From Fonticella tunisiensis (GTDB lineage: Bacteria; Bacillota; Clostridia; Clostridiales; Caloramatoraceae): a DNA stretch of 64,000 nt. The DNA lies in contig NZ_SOAZ01000007.1 in assembly GCF_004364155.1 (NCBI RefSeq), forward strand, positions 65,167 through 129,166. The letters are read 5' to 3'. The first letter of the stretch is position 1, and each line of letters opens with the position of its first letter. The notes below the pieces were generated by a model. That model saw nothing but the letters and a program-made list of their open reading frames with translations, made no database searches and had not been told where the DNA came from. The translations under genes and the position numbers were made by a program. Below, piece by piece: positions 1 to 9,405 of this stretch.

Positions 1-1497
1 ATTGAGAAATATCATATTGGCGGGATTATCTACTTCAATTGGACAGATAACATAGGAACTCCCGTTGATGTATCCCAGGTAAATGCTCTTTCAAATGGAA
101 TTCAGAAAATCGCAATGCAGCAGAGAATGCCAATACCTCTACTTATAGCAACGGATCAGGAAGGTGGAATAGTTGCAAGAGTAACAGAACCTGCAACTGT
201 TTTTCCAGGTAATATGGCATTAGGTGCAACACGTTCATCGGAATATGCATACAAGAGTGGGCAGATTATGGGTAAGGAGCTTAAAGCTCTGGGAATCAAT
301 ATGGATCTGGCACCTACACTGGATGTCAATATTAATTATGAAAATCCTGTAATCGGTGTGCGCTCCTATTCAGAAAACCCGGATTTAGTTTCAGAATTAG
401 GAGTATCTCAGGTTAAAGGTTTCCAGGATCAAAATGTGATTGCTACAGTAAAGCACTTCCCGGGACATGGCGATACAAATGTAGATTCCCATTATGGCCT
501 TCCAATTATTAATCATGACCTAAATACACTCAACAATATAGATTTAAAACCCTTTAAGGATGCTATAGCAGCCGGAGTAGATGCAATAATGACAGCACAT
601 ATTGTAGTCCCAGCACTTGATAATTCAGGACTACCTGCCACACTTTCAAAACCTATATTAACGGATTTATTACGAAATAAGCTTGGCTTTGATGGCGTTA
701 TAATCACAGACAGCCTCGGAATGTCTGGGGCAAATGTCGTATCTCCAGAAAGGGTTCCCGTTGAAGCCTTTAAAGCCGGTGCCGATATACTGCTTAACCC
801 TCCAGATGTCGATTTTGCTTATAACGCAGTCCTAAATGCTGTTAAGGGTGGTGAAATATCTGAAAAACGCCTGGATGAATCAGTATTTAGAATTTTAAGA
901 GTTAAAATGAAAAGAGGTCTTTTTACAAATCCTTACTCAGATTCAAAGGAGACTTCAAATATAGGCACAGAGGGGAATTTAAGGATTGCAGAGGAGATAA
1001 CAAATAAAAGCATTACATTAATAAAAAATGAAAACGGTCTACTTCCTCTAAAGAAGGAAACAAAGGTATTTGTCACCGGGCCATCCCTTGGAAATCCAGT
1101 ATTGCTTTCAGGTTTGCTCTCCAGCGCTGGATTTACAAGCAGTTATTTCAGCACCGGCACAACCCCTACTCCTTCTCAAATCGCTACAGCGGTGTCTAAT
1201 GCCACAGCTTATGATGTAGTAATCGTTACAACTTACACAGCAAATACCAACAAAGGCCAGCAAGATCTTGTTAAGTCACTTCTTAACAGTGGAAAGAAAG
1301 TAATTATAGCAGCCATGAGAAATCCATATGACATTTTAGCGTTCCCTGAAGTAAATGGGTACATTGCCACCTATGGTAACAGGGCAATTTCCACAAGGGC
1401 CCTTCAAAGAGCGTTAATCGGTGAGATAAATCCAGTTGGAAAGCTTCCTGTAACAATACCTGGATTATATCAATATGGCCATGGGCTTAGCTATTGA
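1..1497 (+). CDS. Glycoside hydrolase family 3 beta-N-acetylhexosaminidase (NagZ/YbbD-like), 5' end outside the window
   Basis: Reading frame is open from base 1. KHFPGHGDTNVDSHYGLP catalytic Asp-His motif of GH3 hexosaminidases. C-terminal extension resembles the two-domain YbbD type. Confidence 0.8.
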   Translation: MEKYHIGGIIYFNWTDNIGTPVDVSQVNALSNGIQKIAMQQRMPIPLLIATDQEGGIVARVTEPATVFPGNMALGATRSSEYAYKSGQIMGKELKALGINMDLAPTLDVNINYENPVIGVRSYSENPDLVSELGVSQVKGFQDQNVIATVKHFPGHGDTNVDSHYGLPIINHDLNTLNNIDLKPFKDAIAAGVDAIMTAHIVVPALDNSGLPATLSKPILTDLLRNKLGFDGVIITDSLGMSGANVVSPERVPVEAFKAGADILLNPPDVDFAYNAVLNAVKGGEISEKRLDESVFRILRVKMKRGLFTNPYSDSKETSNIGTEGNLRIAEEITNKSITLIKNENGLLPLKKETKVFVTGPSLGNPVLLSGLLSSAGFTSSYFSTGTTPTPSQIATAVSNATAYDVVIVTTYTANTNKGQQDLVKSLLNSGKKVIIAAMRNPYDILAFPEVNGYIATYGNRAISTRALQRALIGEINPVGKLPVTIPGLYQYGHGLSY

Positions 1498-1583
1498 TTT
1501 TATTATTCTGCCTCATTAGTGTTATATAAAATTTGATTTAGCGTGTAATTATGTATCAAAAATTATACGTATCTTATTAAGTT

Positions 1584-1634
1584 AAAAAATGTGTTGGTTC
1601 TATATTGAAAACGATATTGAACCAACACATTTTA
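1584..1634. terminator. Bidirectional intrinsic terminator between convergent genes
   Basis: 13-bp perfect stem aatgtgttggttc / gaaccaacacatt with flanking A and T runs. Confidence 0.6.
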
Positions 1635-1639
1635 ATCAC

Positions 1640-2854
1640 TTATAAAATGTGATTTAAAAATGAAGTACCATTATCAGGTCTTTTCACATTGAAATATTCT
1701 GAAACCGTAGCTCCTACATCAGAAAGGGTGTCTCTGTGCCCAATGTATCCAGTTTTTACTTGTTTGCCGTATACCAATATTGGCACATTCTCCCTTGTGT
1801 GATGGCTGTGACCTATGGTTGGGTCATTTCCATGATCAGCCATTACTATGAGAATGTCTTCATCCTTCAACATATTCATCAATTCACCTATATACTTATC
1901 AGCTATTATTAACCTTTCTGCATATCTTTCAGGGTTCTCTGCATGTCCAGCAAGATCTGTTTCCTGAACATTTGTACATATAAATCCTTTATCCATTGAA
2001 TTAAATTCCTTTATAGTAAGCTTCATTACCTCTTCTGTATCTATGCAGGAAACGCTCTTTCCATAATCATTTGAGACAATATCTGCTACTTTTCCAAGAA
2101 GAGTAACTCTTATTCCTGCTTTACCAAGTATTGTTGGCACTTGTACTTCCGGGTCAATTCCATATCCTAAATGAATTACCTGATATCCGTTATTATAAAC
2201 TCCTGATTTTGGAGCATTTATCCCAACAAATTTTCCTTCCTTCTCTTCTACTGCATTTAAAATATCCTCCACTTTTACACCTTTTCCGCCAAAAGGTATT
2301 ACCCTTGATACGTTTACTACACTTCTTACAATCTTTCCAATCTTTAAAACTTCGCTATAGGGAATCAAATCTAATGCTGCAGTTAAATTATATATTTGCC
2401 CTGGATCTGCCTCAAGATTATCTCCAACTGTTACGCAGCCGTTTACAAGAAGAAACTTAAGCTTGTTTCCTTTATATTCAACATCATATCCTGCATCCTT
2501 TAATGCCTCATAAACCCTATTTATGCATGCTGAAAATGGCTCTTTTATAGGTTTTTTGGGCTTTGTTCCCATAATTTCCTGATGGCCATAGAAGGTATCG
2601 GCCCCAAAATGTGCAAGACTTGAGGTACCATAGGTTGCATTGGGATTTTTCTTCATATATTTTGTTTCTTCCCCAAGAGCATTCATAATTCCCATCTTCT
2701 CAAGATTAGGAAGCCTTAAGTCAGGTATTTTATCAAGTATATGCTTAAATGTATTTGCTCCAACGTCCTGAGGTCTTACAATCCTTGCATCGTCCATATA
2801 TCCAACTCCAAAGCTATCAAGAACTACAACAACAAATCTTTTCATTAAGCTCAC
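1640..2854 (-). CDS. yhfW: Phosphopentomutase-like metalloenzyme (YhfW family)
   Basis: 404 aa. N-terminus VVLDSFGVG and overall DeoB/alkaline-phosphatase-superfamily pattern. Length and position match E. coli YhfW (408 aa). 4-nt overlap with the upstream gene. Confidence 0.7.
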   Translation of the reverse strand: MSLMKRFVVVVLDSFGVGYMDDARIVRPQDVGANTFKHILDKIPDLRLPNLEKMGIMNALGEETKYMKKNPNATYGTSSLAHFGADTFYGHQEIMGTKPKKPIKEPFSACINRVYEALKDAGYDVEYKGNKLKFLLVNGCVTVGDNLEADPGQIYNLTAALDLIPYSEVLKIGKIVRSVVNVSRVIPFGGKGVKVEDILNAVEEKEGKFVGINAPKSGVYNNGYQVIHLGYGIDPEVQVPTILGKAGIRVTLLGKVADIVSNDYGKSVSCIDTEEVMKLTIKEFNSMDKGFICTNVQETDLAGHAENPERYAERLIIADKYIGELMNMLKDEDILIVMADHGNDPTIGHSHHTRENVPILVYGKQVKTGYIGHRDTLSDVGATVSEYFNVKRPDNGTSFLNHIL

Positions 2855-4014
2855 CTCCTGATTAGTCTTCCGAGGCTATCGTAAATTCCTGCAATCTCCA
2901 CTCGTCCTGAACTGATTCCCTTAACCACTGCTACTTCACTTCTTGTTACAAAAATCTGTGTCCTAAAGCTTAGAATAACAGTTTCTCCAATATTTGCGTT
3001 TTCCTTAAGACATATATAATAATCGATACTGTTCGAATCCGGCATCTCAACTTCAACCCTTTTCATGCTTTCCATACCCTTTCCTACGAGGGCACTATGC
3101 ATGTGGGATCTCCTATAATGTCCTCCTCCATAACAATAGCTTGCATTGCCTAAGTTATGTGAAACCTCACTGACGTAAACGATAGCTGGTATTTCAACTT
3201 CATCCTTTACAGCATGAATTGGCGTTGTCCCAACAAGGCCATGACCTGGCTCTCCATGTGTTCCCCCAAGTTCTGCAATTCTCCTTATGTTGCTTGTACA
3301 TGTCGCAGATGGTGTGTTAATTTCCTTCAATATAATTTTAAAATTCTTCTCAAGAACTTCCTTAGCCTTTAAAATCGTTTTGATATTGTTAGTTTCCTTT
3401 ATGCTCTGCGAATCTGAGTCATAGAGGAAGCAGGGGAATGAAGTTATGCCGTATATATTAACATTTGGCAGCTTAATTATTTCTCCTGCTTTTTCCACCA
3501 GTTCATCTATATAAAATCCTCCGTACTGGCCAGGATAAAAAGTATCATCTTTGTCTATAACTCTAAGCATTATATTCTGATTTATTCCAAGCTTTGCAGC
3601 AATATCGGATATCTCCTTTGCCTTCTCAACAGAATACACTGTTATTACTTCAGGTCTTTTTAAAAGCATTGATTCAATTTTATTGGATGGCACCTGAACT
3701 AAATGCCCTACATGTCCTATCTTTATACCTGAATCGTATAAAATATCTGCTTCCCTGTAATCTACTGCAACAGCCCCTTCATAGCCTAAATCCATTAGTT
3801 TTCTTGATACGTACGGATTTCTTCCAAATTGTTTAGTCATAAAATAAAGTTTAATGCCGTATTTATCCGCTTCATACTTTATCGCCTTTGCGTTACTTAT
3901 AATTGCATCCAGATCAAGTATATATGTGTCAGGCTGAATTACCCCTTCCTGATGCAATTTAAAGGCAGCTTCAATTAACGCTGGATTTCTTCTTAAAGTT
4001 ACATCCAAAAACAT
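2851..4014 (-). CDS. yhfX: Alanine-racemase-like fold-type III PLP enzyme (YhfX family)
   Basis: 387 aa, identical in length to E. coli YhfX. Alr-like N-terminal barrel region. Position in the yhf-type cluster. Confidence 0.65.
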   Translation of the reverse strand: MFLDVTLRRNPALIEAAFKLHQEGVIQPDTYILDLDAIISNAKAIKYEADKYGIKLYFMTKQFGRNPYVSRKLMDLGYEGAVAVDYREADILYDSGIKIGHVGHLVQVPSNKIESMLLKRPEVITVYSVEKAKEISDIAAKLGINQNIMLRVIDKDDTFYPGQYGGFYIDELVEKAGEIIKLPNVNIYGITSFPCFLYDSDSQSIKETNNIKTILKAKEVLEKNFKIILKEINTPSATCTSNIRRIAELGGTHGEPGHGLVGTTPIHAVKDEVEIPAIVYVSEVSHNLGNASYCYGGGHYRRSHMHSALVGKGMESMKRVEVEMPDSNSIDYYICLKENANIGETVILSFRTQIFVTRSEVAVVKGISSGRVEIAGIYDSLGRLIRR

Positions 4015-4029
4015 ACTCTCCCTCCTTCC

Positions 4030-5133
4030 TTACACAACTTTTTCGATTGCTTCCCTTAATATTCTAATTATTGTATCAGCACCTGCACGCATTGGGTTTA
4101 TTCGTATCATTCTTTCCTCAAGTGTCTTATCAGCCTGTCTAAAGGTTCCTGAAACTCTATAAAACATTGGAACAAATTCATATTTTGACTCTGCGCCAAC
4201 TGGGTTTGGAGCTGCACCAAGCTTTTCTGCTTCCTTTAACACTTCCCTAGCAATTGGAGCTTCAAGCTCAACTAAGAGAACCTTGGACTGTGCATTGGCA
4301 AGAAATGCTTTTTTTACACCCCTTATTTCTCCTCTATTTAAGCGTTCCACAAGTTCATTATTAACCTCCGCCTGTATTGCAAGAGCTACAGGAGCATATA
4401 TCAATCCTCTTAAAACCTCCATAGCTTCATGTCCCTGAACCTGTCCTCCACCTGAATAATTGGACTTTATAATTTTCTCGATATATTCTTTCTTACCAAC
4501 AACGCATCCAATCCCTTCCGGACCTAGAAGTTTAAACAGTGAAAATGCGGAAATGTCTGCCCCGCACTGAACTCCTATATTTCTAACCTTCATAACCGCA
4601 TAGTTGTCATCCGTAATAATTGGAATGTCATTTGAATATTTCTTTATCATATCAATAACTTTCTTCATAGCATAGCTATCATCTATCTTCTGTCTTGTAT
4701 ATTGAATTAAAGCCCCATCTACCTTATTTTTGTCTAATGCTTTTTTTATTTCCTCCTCACGATTAAAATCTGCCCTTATGATTTTAAGCCCCATACTCTC
4801 AATTGTAACTGCAGTAGTAGGATATATTGGTGCATCGTGTATTAATAGAGTATCTCCGGGCTTTATCATGCTATATAGTCCCCATCGTATTGCTGCTGTT
4901 CCCGCCCCCCTTACTAAAACTGCAGCTTCCTGATTGAAAAATTCAGCCAGCACCTTTTCAACCTTAAGGGTTGTTGTTGGTTTATTAAATCCTGGTACTA
5001 CCCCTAAATCCCCTAGAGACAATATTTCTTTTCCTTTGAAATATTTTGTTATGATATCAACCAATCTAAACTGAAGCCTTTTTGCTTCCTCAATCGTCAT
5101 AGATTCCAGTGGATAAACTTTCATATTTCTCAC
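4030..5133 (-). CDS. yhfS: PLP-dependent enzyme of the YhfS family (SelA/aminotransferase-like)
   Basis: 367 aa. Segments DAPIYPTTAVTIESMGLKI, TDDNYAVMKVRNIGVQCGADISAFSLFKLLGPEGIGCVVG and GAESKYEFVPMFYRVSGTFRQ match my recollection of E. coli YhfS. Confidence 0.7.
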   Translation of the reverse strand: MRNMKVYPLESMTIEEAKRLQFRLVDIITKYFKGKEILSLGDLGVVPGFNKPTTTLKVEKVLAEFFNQEAAVLVRGAGTAAIRWGLYSMIKPGDTLLIHDAPIYPTTAVTIESMGLKIIRADFNREEEIKKALDKNKVDGALIQYTRQKIDDSYAMKKVIDMIKKYSNDIPIITDDNYAVMKVRNIGVQCGADISAFSLFKLLGPEGIGCVVGKKEYIEKIIKSNYSGGGQVQGHEAMEVLRGLIYAPVALAIQAEVNNELVERLNRGEIRGVKKAFLANAQSKVLLVELEAPIAREVLKEAEKLGAAPNPVGAESKYEFVPMFYRVSGTFRQADKTLEERMIRINPMRAGADTIIRILREAIEKVV

Positions 5134-5136
5134 TTC

Positions 5137-6012
5137 CTATTCAAAAAATTTTACTGCATTTTTCCTCAGCATATTATCGATATCCCTCTGTGTTATTCCA
5201 TTCTCATTAATATAGGGAATGAAATGATCAAGTAAATAACTATATCCTAATCCTCCCCTGGATTTCAGATGAGATTTTCTTGTAATATCCATGGACATTA
5301 ATACTCTGTTTGAAAGGCCTCTTTTGCATATTTCCCGAAGCATTTCAAGCCTTTTTTCTTCCGGCACATAATTTGTCTTACCTATAGTATCAAAGGCTAC
5401 ATACACTCCCTGCTCTATCATTCTTAGGATATAATCAATATCCTCTGATAGATCAACATGTCCTATTATCACTTTATTTAGGTCTACCCCATGTGATTTT
5501 AGAAGTTCTATCTGTTCAAGACCTGATGTACCAAGAGTAGTATGGGTTATTATTGGCCTTCCAGTTTCAATATGTGCTATAGAAGCAGCTATAAATACCT
5601 TTTCTTCAATCGTGGTAATCGTATCTTTACTTGTACCTATTTCTCCTATAATATCCGCCTTAACCTCTGTTCCATCTATCCCTTCTGTTATCTCCTTTAT
5701 CATAATATCTGCCAGTTCCTTTTCTGATAAATTATATACCTCCCTTGGTAAAAAAGGCTCCTTATAATATCCCGTTGAAAATATTATGTTTATGCCTGCT
5801 TCCTCTTGAACCTTTATTGCATACTCAACATTTCTTCCCATCCCTCTGTTCGTTACATCAACTATATTGGAAACGCCTCGTTCCTTCAGTTCTTTTAGCT
5901 CCTTTGTTGTCTCCCTCATGGTGTCGAGCCTGCAGTCTAGATCCTTTTTTGCACCTGATAAATCAATTGTTATATGCTCATGTATATAGGTAATTCCTTC
6001 TTTTAACCTCAT
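5137..6012 (-). CDS. php: Phosphotriesterase homology protein (amidohydrolase superfamily, Php)
   Basis: 291 aa. N-terminal metal-binding HEH motif (ITYIHEHITIDL). Length matches E. coli Php (292 aa). Cluster context. Confidence 0.75.
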   Translation of the reverse strand: MRLKEGITYIHEHITIDLSGAKKDLDCRLDTMRETTKELKELKERGVSNIVDVTNRGMGRNVEYAIKVQEEAGINIIFSTGYYKEPFLPREVYNLSEKELADIMIKEITEGIDGTEVKADIIGEIGTSKDTITTIEEKVFIAASIAHIETGRPIITHTTLGTSGLEQIELLKSHGVDLNKVIIGHVDLSEDIDYILRMIEQGVYVAFDTIGKTNYVPEEKRLEMLREICKRGLSNRVLMSMDITRKSHLKSRGGLGYSYLLDHFIPYINENGITQRDIDNMLRKNAVKFFE

Positions 6013-6023
6013 TTTTACACCCC

Positions 6024-7130
6024 TTACAAAGAAAAAATTATATCCTTATTTTCCCTTAAGTATGATTCTTTAAAATATCTGTAGTAAAGATCAGGAAGGC
6101 TATAAATGTCTTTTAGATTTTCTACTACACTTATTGCTGCCATCCCTTCCTCTAGTCCTTCCTTTGATGTAATCACAATTCCAGAAGCTACTTCGTTAAT
6201 AGGTAAAGTAATACTTGTTGCATTTAACATGTTTGCTATTTTAACCATGTATTTTCCCGATTTATTCTGAACTGATTTTGCAAAACTTCCTAAAGTTCCA
6301 AATACTGAATCTCCAAGTCCAAGGATATCTATAGGTCCTTCACACGTTATGACCATATCATAGGCTTTAAAAATTTCATTCATTCTTTCTATTGAATTCT
6401 CTCTATTCTCAAAATCGGGAAACTCTTCTTCCCCGATGGTTATTTTCATATCCATTAACTTACTTAGTACAAGGTCTAATTTTTCCCTCATGTCCTTTCC
6501 GTCAGGTAAAGTAATTTCTCCTTTTTTGCATATGCAAACCTTTATATTTTCAAAGCGTATAACTTTTTCTTTAACATCAAGCATTGTAAAAATACTCTCT
6601 TTAGCCAGCTCAAAGGAATGGCTTATTACCCCAATACCTGGAACAAACTTTATTCCATCTGTAGATACTCTGTCTATACTGCCTTTAAGCCCCATACCCT
6701 TTGCCATAATGGAACAGAGATTTAAACTAAGTGCAGGTGCAAGAACCGAACCTCCTCCATCTGTTCCTATTCCTATATCATTGATACCATATAATACGTT
6801 TAATGCAGTTGCACTTGAAGAACCTGTCATAGGCCTTAGGGTTAGAGGATTTATTAATCTGTCATCTACTGCCCTTCCCCCTTCTGACATAAAATCTATT
6901 GTATGCCAAACGTATTTTCCTTTATCTATCAGCCTTTTTATATATTTTTTATTAATTTGGCCTGTATTTTTAATTCCTATCGTAATTACCGTATCATGTT
7001 TCATTAAAATATCTTTAACTTCAAGTAATGCATCTTCATTCAACTTTTCAACTGTTTTTTCTAAAAGCTTTGATGCCTTAATTGAGCCTTTTGCTACCTT
7101 TAAAAACTGATTTAATTTATACTCGTACAC
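6024..7130 (-). CDS. Compact amidase-signature (AS) family-like protein
   Basis: 368 aa. TGSSSATAL followed ~24 aa later by GIGTDGGGSVLAPA mirrors the AS core GGSSGG...GTDIGGSIRIPA (cis-Ser and nucleophile Ser). Not part of the E. coli yhf cluster. Confidence 0.5.
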   Translation of the reverse strand: MYEYKLNQFLKVAKGSIKASKLLEKTVEKLNEDALLEVKDILMKHDTVITIGIKNTGQINKKYIKRLIDKGKYVWHTIDFMSEGGRAVDDRLINPLTLRPMTGSSSATALNVLYGINDIGIGTDGGGSVLAPALSLNLCSIMAKGMGLKGSIDRVSTDGIKFVPGIGVISHSFELAKESIFTMLDVKEKVIRFENIKVCICKKGEITLPDGKDMREKLDLVLSKLMDMKITIGEEEFPDFENRENSIERMNEIFKAYDMVITCEGPIDILGLGDSVFGTLGSFAKSVQNKSGKYMVKIANMLNATSITLPINEVASGIVITSKEGLEEGMAAISVVENLKDIYSLPDLYYRYFKESYLRENKDIIFSL

Positions 7131-7191
7131 CTTCCTGCCTCCTAAATAAGTGCTGTTTTTAATTTAAAATGGAGGCTGAAAGCCTCCATTT

Positions 7192-8496
7192 TTATTTAGC
7201 TGCTGGTGGTAAATATAATCCAATAATATAAAGTACATTTATCATGACTCCAACAAGAATTGCCCCTATTGGGCCTACAGCCATGTTTACAATAGGCTTT
7301 TTTGAGCTTTGATTTAATACATATAATCCACCTACTACGAAGAAGCCAAGTCCTGGTGCCATAGCATTTGCTGCCATCATACCACCCACAAGTAATGCAA
7401 CTTCAAGAAGCTTGGACATTGCTGTTCTTATATTGTCTCCACACTTTCTTACTCCAGGGAACTTGTCCAACAACTTGGCAAGCTGGTCAAGAAGCAATAC
7501 TTCAACCACTATTACCGCTGCACCTAGCAGGGCTGCAAGAAGTAAATTCTTGGAAAGTATTCCCACTACGAATACAAAGGTCATTCCTACAGGTCCATAT
7601 ACACCTGTTGCAATAGCTGTCGTTGCAACAAGTGGAATAAATCCTATACCTCTAGCAAAAGCAGTAAGTGCCGCTTCTACATTCTTTCCATTTGCTAAAA
7701 GATTCTGGGAAATTGGGTCCCCTGCAAGTATGGACTGGCTTGTAGCTGCAGCAACAAGCGCTCCTATCAGCGCAAGATATGGAATATTTTTCCTTATCTT
7801 TTTAACTCTTTCGCTAAATAACGCTGTTAAATCAATTGAAACGGCATTTGGATCTGTTTTTTCACTTGCAGCAAATATTATCATGACAATCATACCGGCA
7901 AGCAGTGCCATTCCTTCAGGGTTGAAAGTAACTTTTGCTGTTCCTACGTTAAACTTCCCATAGTACTGCACAAATTGCCTTACTAGAAATGAGATGATAA
8001 GGGTTAATGCTCCCTTTTTAACTCCATACTGATATCCAACAACAAGCGCAGGGAATGCTGCAAAGGCTGCAACGATTGGAGTACCGACCTGTCCAAGCTG
8101 AGACAAGAAATTTACAGGAAGTTTACCAAATGCATCAACAATAAATTTTAATCCATAAAGAAGACCTAAACTGTAAACTGCACCAACAATACCTGAAATT
8201 ATAAGTCCCTTTTTGCCCTCTGGTGCCCAAGTACCAATAATATCTGTTCCAAGTAAAATACTGTGAATCAAGATAATTGTTGCTGTAATGGACATAGGAA
8301 TTCCAAAACCAATAACTAGTCCAAAACCTAATGCAAAGCTTGTTACTGCAAGAGCCTTTTTATCCATTCTACCTTCAAGATATTCGGGAACTATAGGCCT
8401 TAAACCGTCGTTAAATACTGCAACCCCCTTGTTAGCTAGAATTGATGCTAGTACACCAATTAAGGTAACCAATAAATATTTCAATACTTCATTCAT
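7192..8496 (-). CDS. yhfT: Polytopic inner-membrane protein of the YhfT family (putative transporter)
   Basis: 434 aa, identical in length to E. coli YhfT. About 12 predicted hydrophobic helices. Confidence 0.65.
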   Translation of the reverse strand: MNEVLKYLLVTLIGVLASILANKGVAVFNDGLRPIVPEYLEGRMDKKALAVTSFALGFGLVIGFGIPMSITATIILIHSILLGTDIIGTWAPEGKKGLIISGIVGAVYSLGLLYGLKFIVDAFGKLPVNFLSQLGQVGTPIVAAFAAFPALVVGYQYGVKKGALTLIISFLVRQFVQYYGKFNVGTAKVTFNPEGMALLAGMIVMIIFAASEKTDPNAVSIDLTALFSERVKKIRKNIPYLALIGALVAAATSQSILAGDPISQNLLANGKNVEAALTAFARGIGFIPLVATTAIATGVYGPVGMTFVFVVGILSKNLLLAALLGAAVIVVEVLLLDQLAKLLDKFPGVRKCGDNIRTAMSKLLEVALLVGGMMAANAMAPGLGFFVVGGLYVLNQSSKKPIVNMAVGPIGAILVGVMINVLYIIGLYLPPAAK

Positions 8497-8522
8497 AAAT
8501 TATCCCCCTTAGAAGAATTATT

Positions 8523-8882
8523 TTATTTAAGTATTTCATTCATAATAACAGGTATTACCTGATCCATGTGCTGTGGTGTAAAACCAAATGCTTTCTTACC
8601 ACTTTTTACCTCATTTATTATTTCTTCATTGCTTCTTATTTTTCCAGGCATTGAAACAGTTGCGCACAGTCCCATTCCAAGAAGTGCTATTGCCATAGCT
8701 AATGCACCGCCCCCTCCCGTATTGCATGCCCCGAAATAATAATCTGCCTGATTAGTCTTTATTGCCATTGCTGCCTCTATGTCGGACTTTACAGTTACTG
8801 AAACATTATCACCTCCTATTTTTCTAATAAGTTCTGCTACTTTCTCCTTTTCTATCTGTCCGCCAACAACAATTCTAAGCAT
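8523..8882 (-). CDS. yhfU: DUF2620 protein (YhfU family)
   Basis: 119 aa against E. coli YhfU at 117 aa. Cluster position between yhfT and the PRD protein. Confidence 0.6.
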   Translation of the reverse strand: MLRIVVGGQIEKEKVAELIRKIGGDNVSVTVKSDIEAAMAIKTNQADYYFGACNTGGGGALAMAIALLGMGLCATVSMPGKIRSNEEIINEVKSGKKAFGFTPQHMDQVIPVIMNEILK

Positions 8883-8971
8883 TTTGCCTCCCCCTTTATA
8901 AATTTCTATTTTTTAAACTTTTTAGGAACAACTTATAATATAATTTATGAGAGCTAATTAGCCTACATTAA

Positions 8972-9358
8972 CTAATATTTGCATGTGTTATTAAATTGTA
9001 TATTTTCACTTTCGAATAAAACGCAAAGGTGCATCATTATAAATGTTTTTTCACTTTCAGGAATTTCTATATTTAGTTCTTTTTCAAGCAGCTCAAGAAA
9101 TTTTTCACTACTTGTAAACCTGCTGCTGTTTTTTATTTCTTCATATATGGTATCGTTAATATCTTCCACCATCTCACCTTTTTTAATTCTTTCAAAAGCA
9201 ATAGCGAGATGTGTTATGAACATTGCTCCATTTTCTTCAGTAAGTTTTATGTTTAATTCTCTTTCAAAGATTTCAATAACCTTTATGATTGCATCATAAT
9301 TTTCCAGGCTAATCTGGTCTGCATCCTTTAGTATTTGCAACCTAATATTTAAATCCAT
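8972..9358 (-). CDS. yhfY: Small PRD-domain protein (YhfY family)
   Basis: Start at MDLNIRLQ is preceded by an AGGAGGA RBS. The ORF-track ATG at 9379 lacks an RBS. About 128 aa against E. coli YhfY at 120 aa. Confidence 0.5.
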   Translation of the reverse strand: MDLNIRLQILKDADQISLENYDAIIKVIEIFERELNIKLTEENGAMFITHLAIAFERIKKGEMVEDINDTIYEEIKNSSRFTSSEKFLELLEKELNIEIPESEKTFIMMHLCVLFESENIQFNNTCKY

Positions 9359-9405
9359 GCCTATCCTCCTAATGTACATTATTTTGTATATTTAATTTAA
9401 AAAAA

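Noticed and set aside
1600-1620. cre-like catabolite-responsive element inside the 1584-1634 hairpin
   Set aside because: It matches only the 5' half of the consensus and sits in a terminator stem.
6436-7110. 224-aa plus-strand ORF
   Set aside because: Shadow ORF antisense to the amidase-like gene, with S/F/I/L-rich low-complexity translation and no RBS.
7412-7963. 183-aa plus-strand ORF (and the other listed antisense ORFs inside large genes: 45455-46075, 55470-56054, 20475-20792, 27124-27438)
   Set aside because: Each is fully embedded antisense in a well-supported longer gene and has a composition typical of reverse-frame artefacts.
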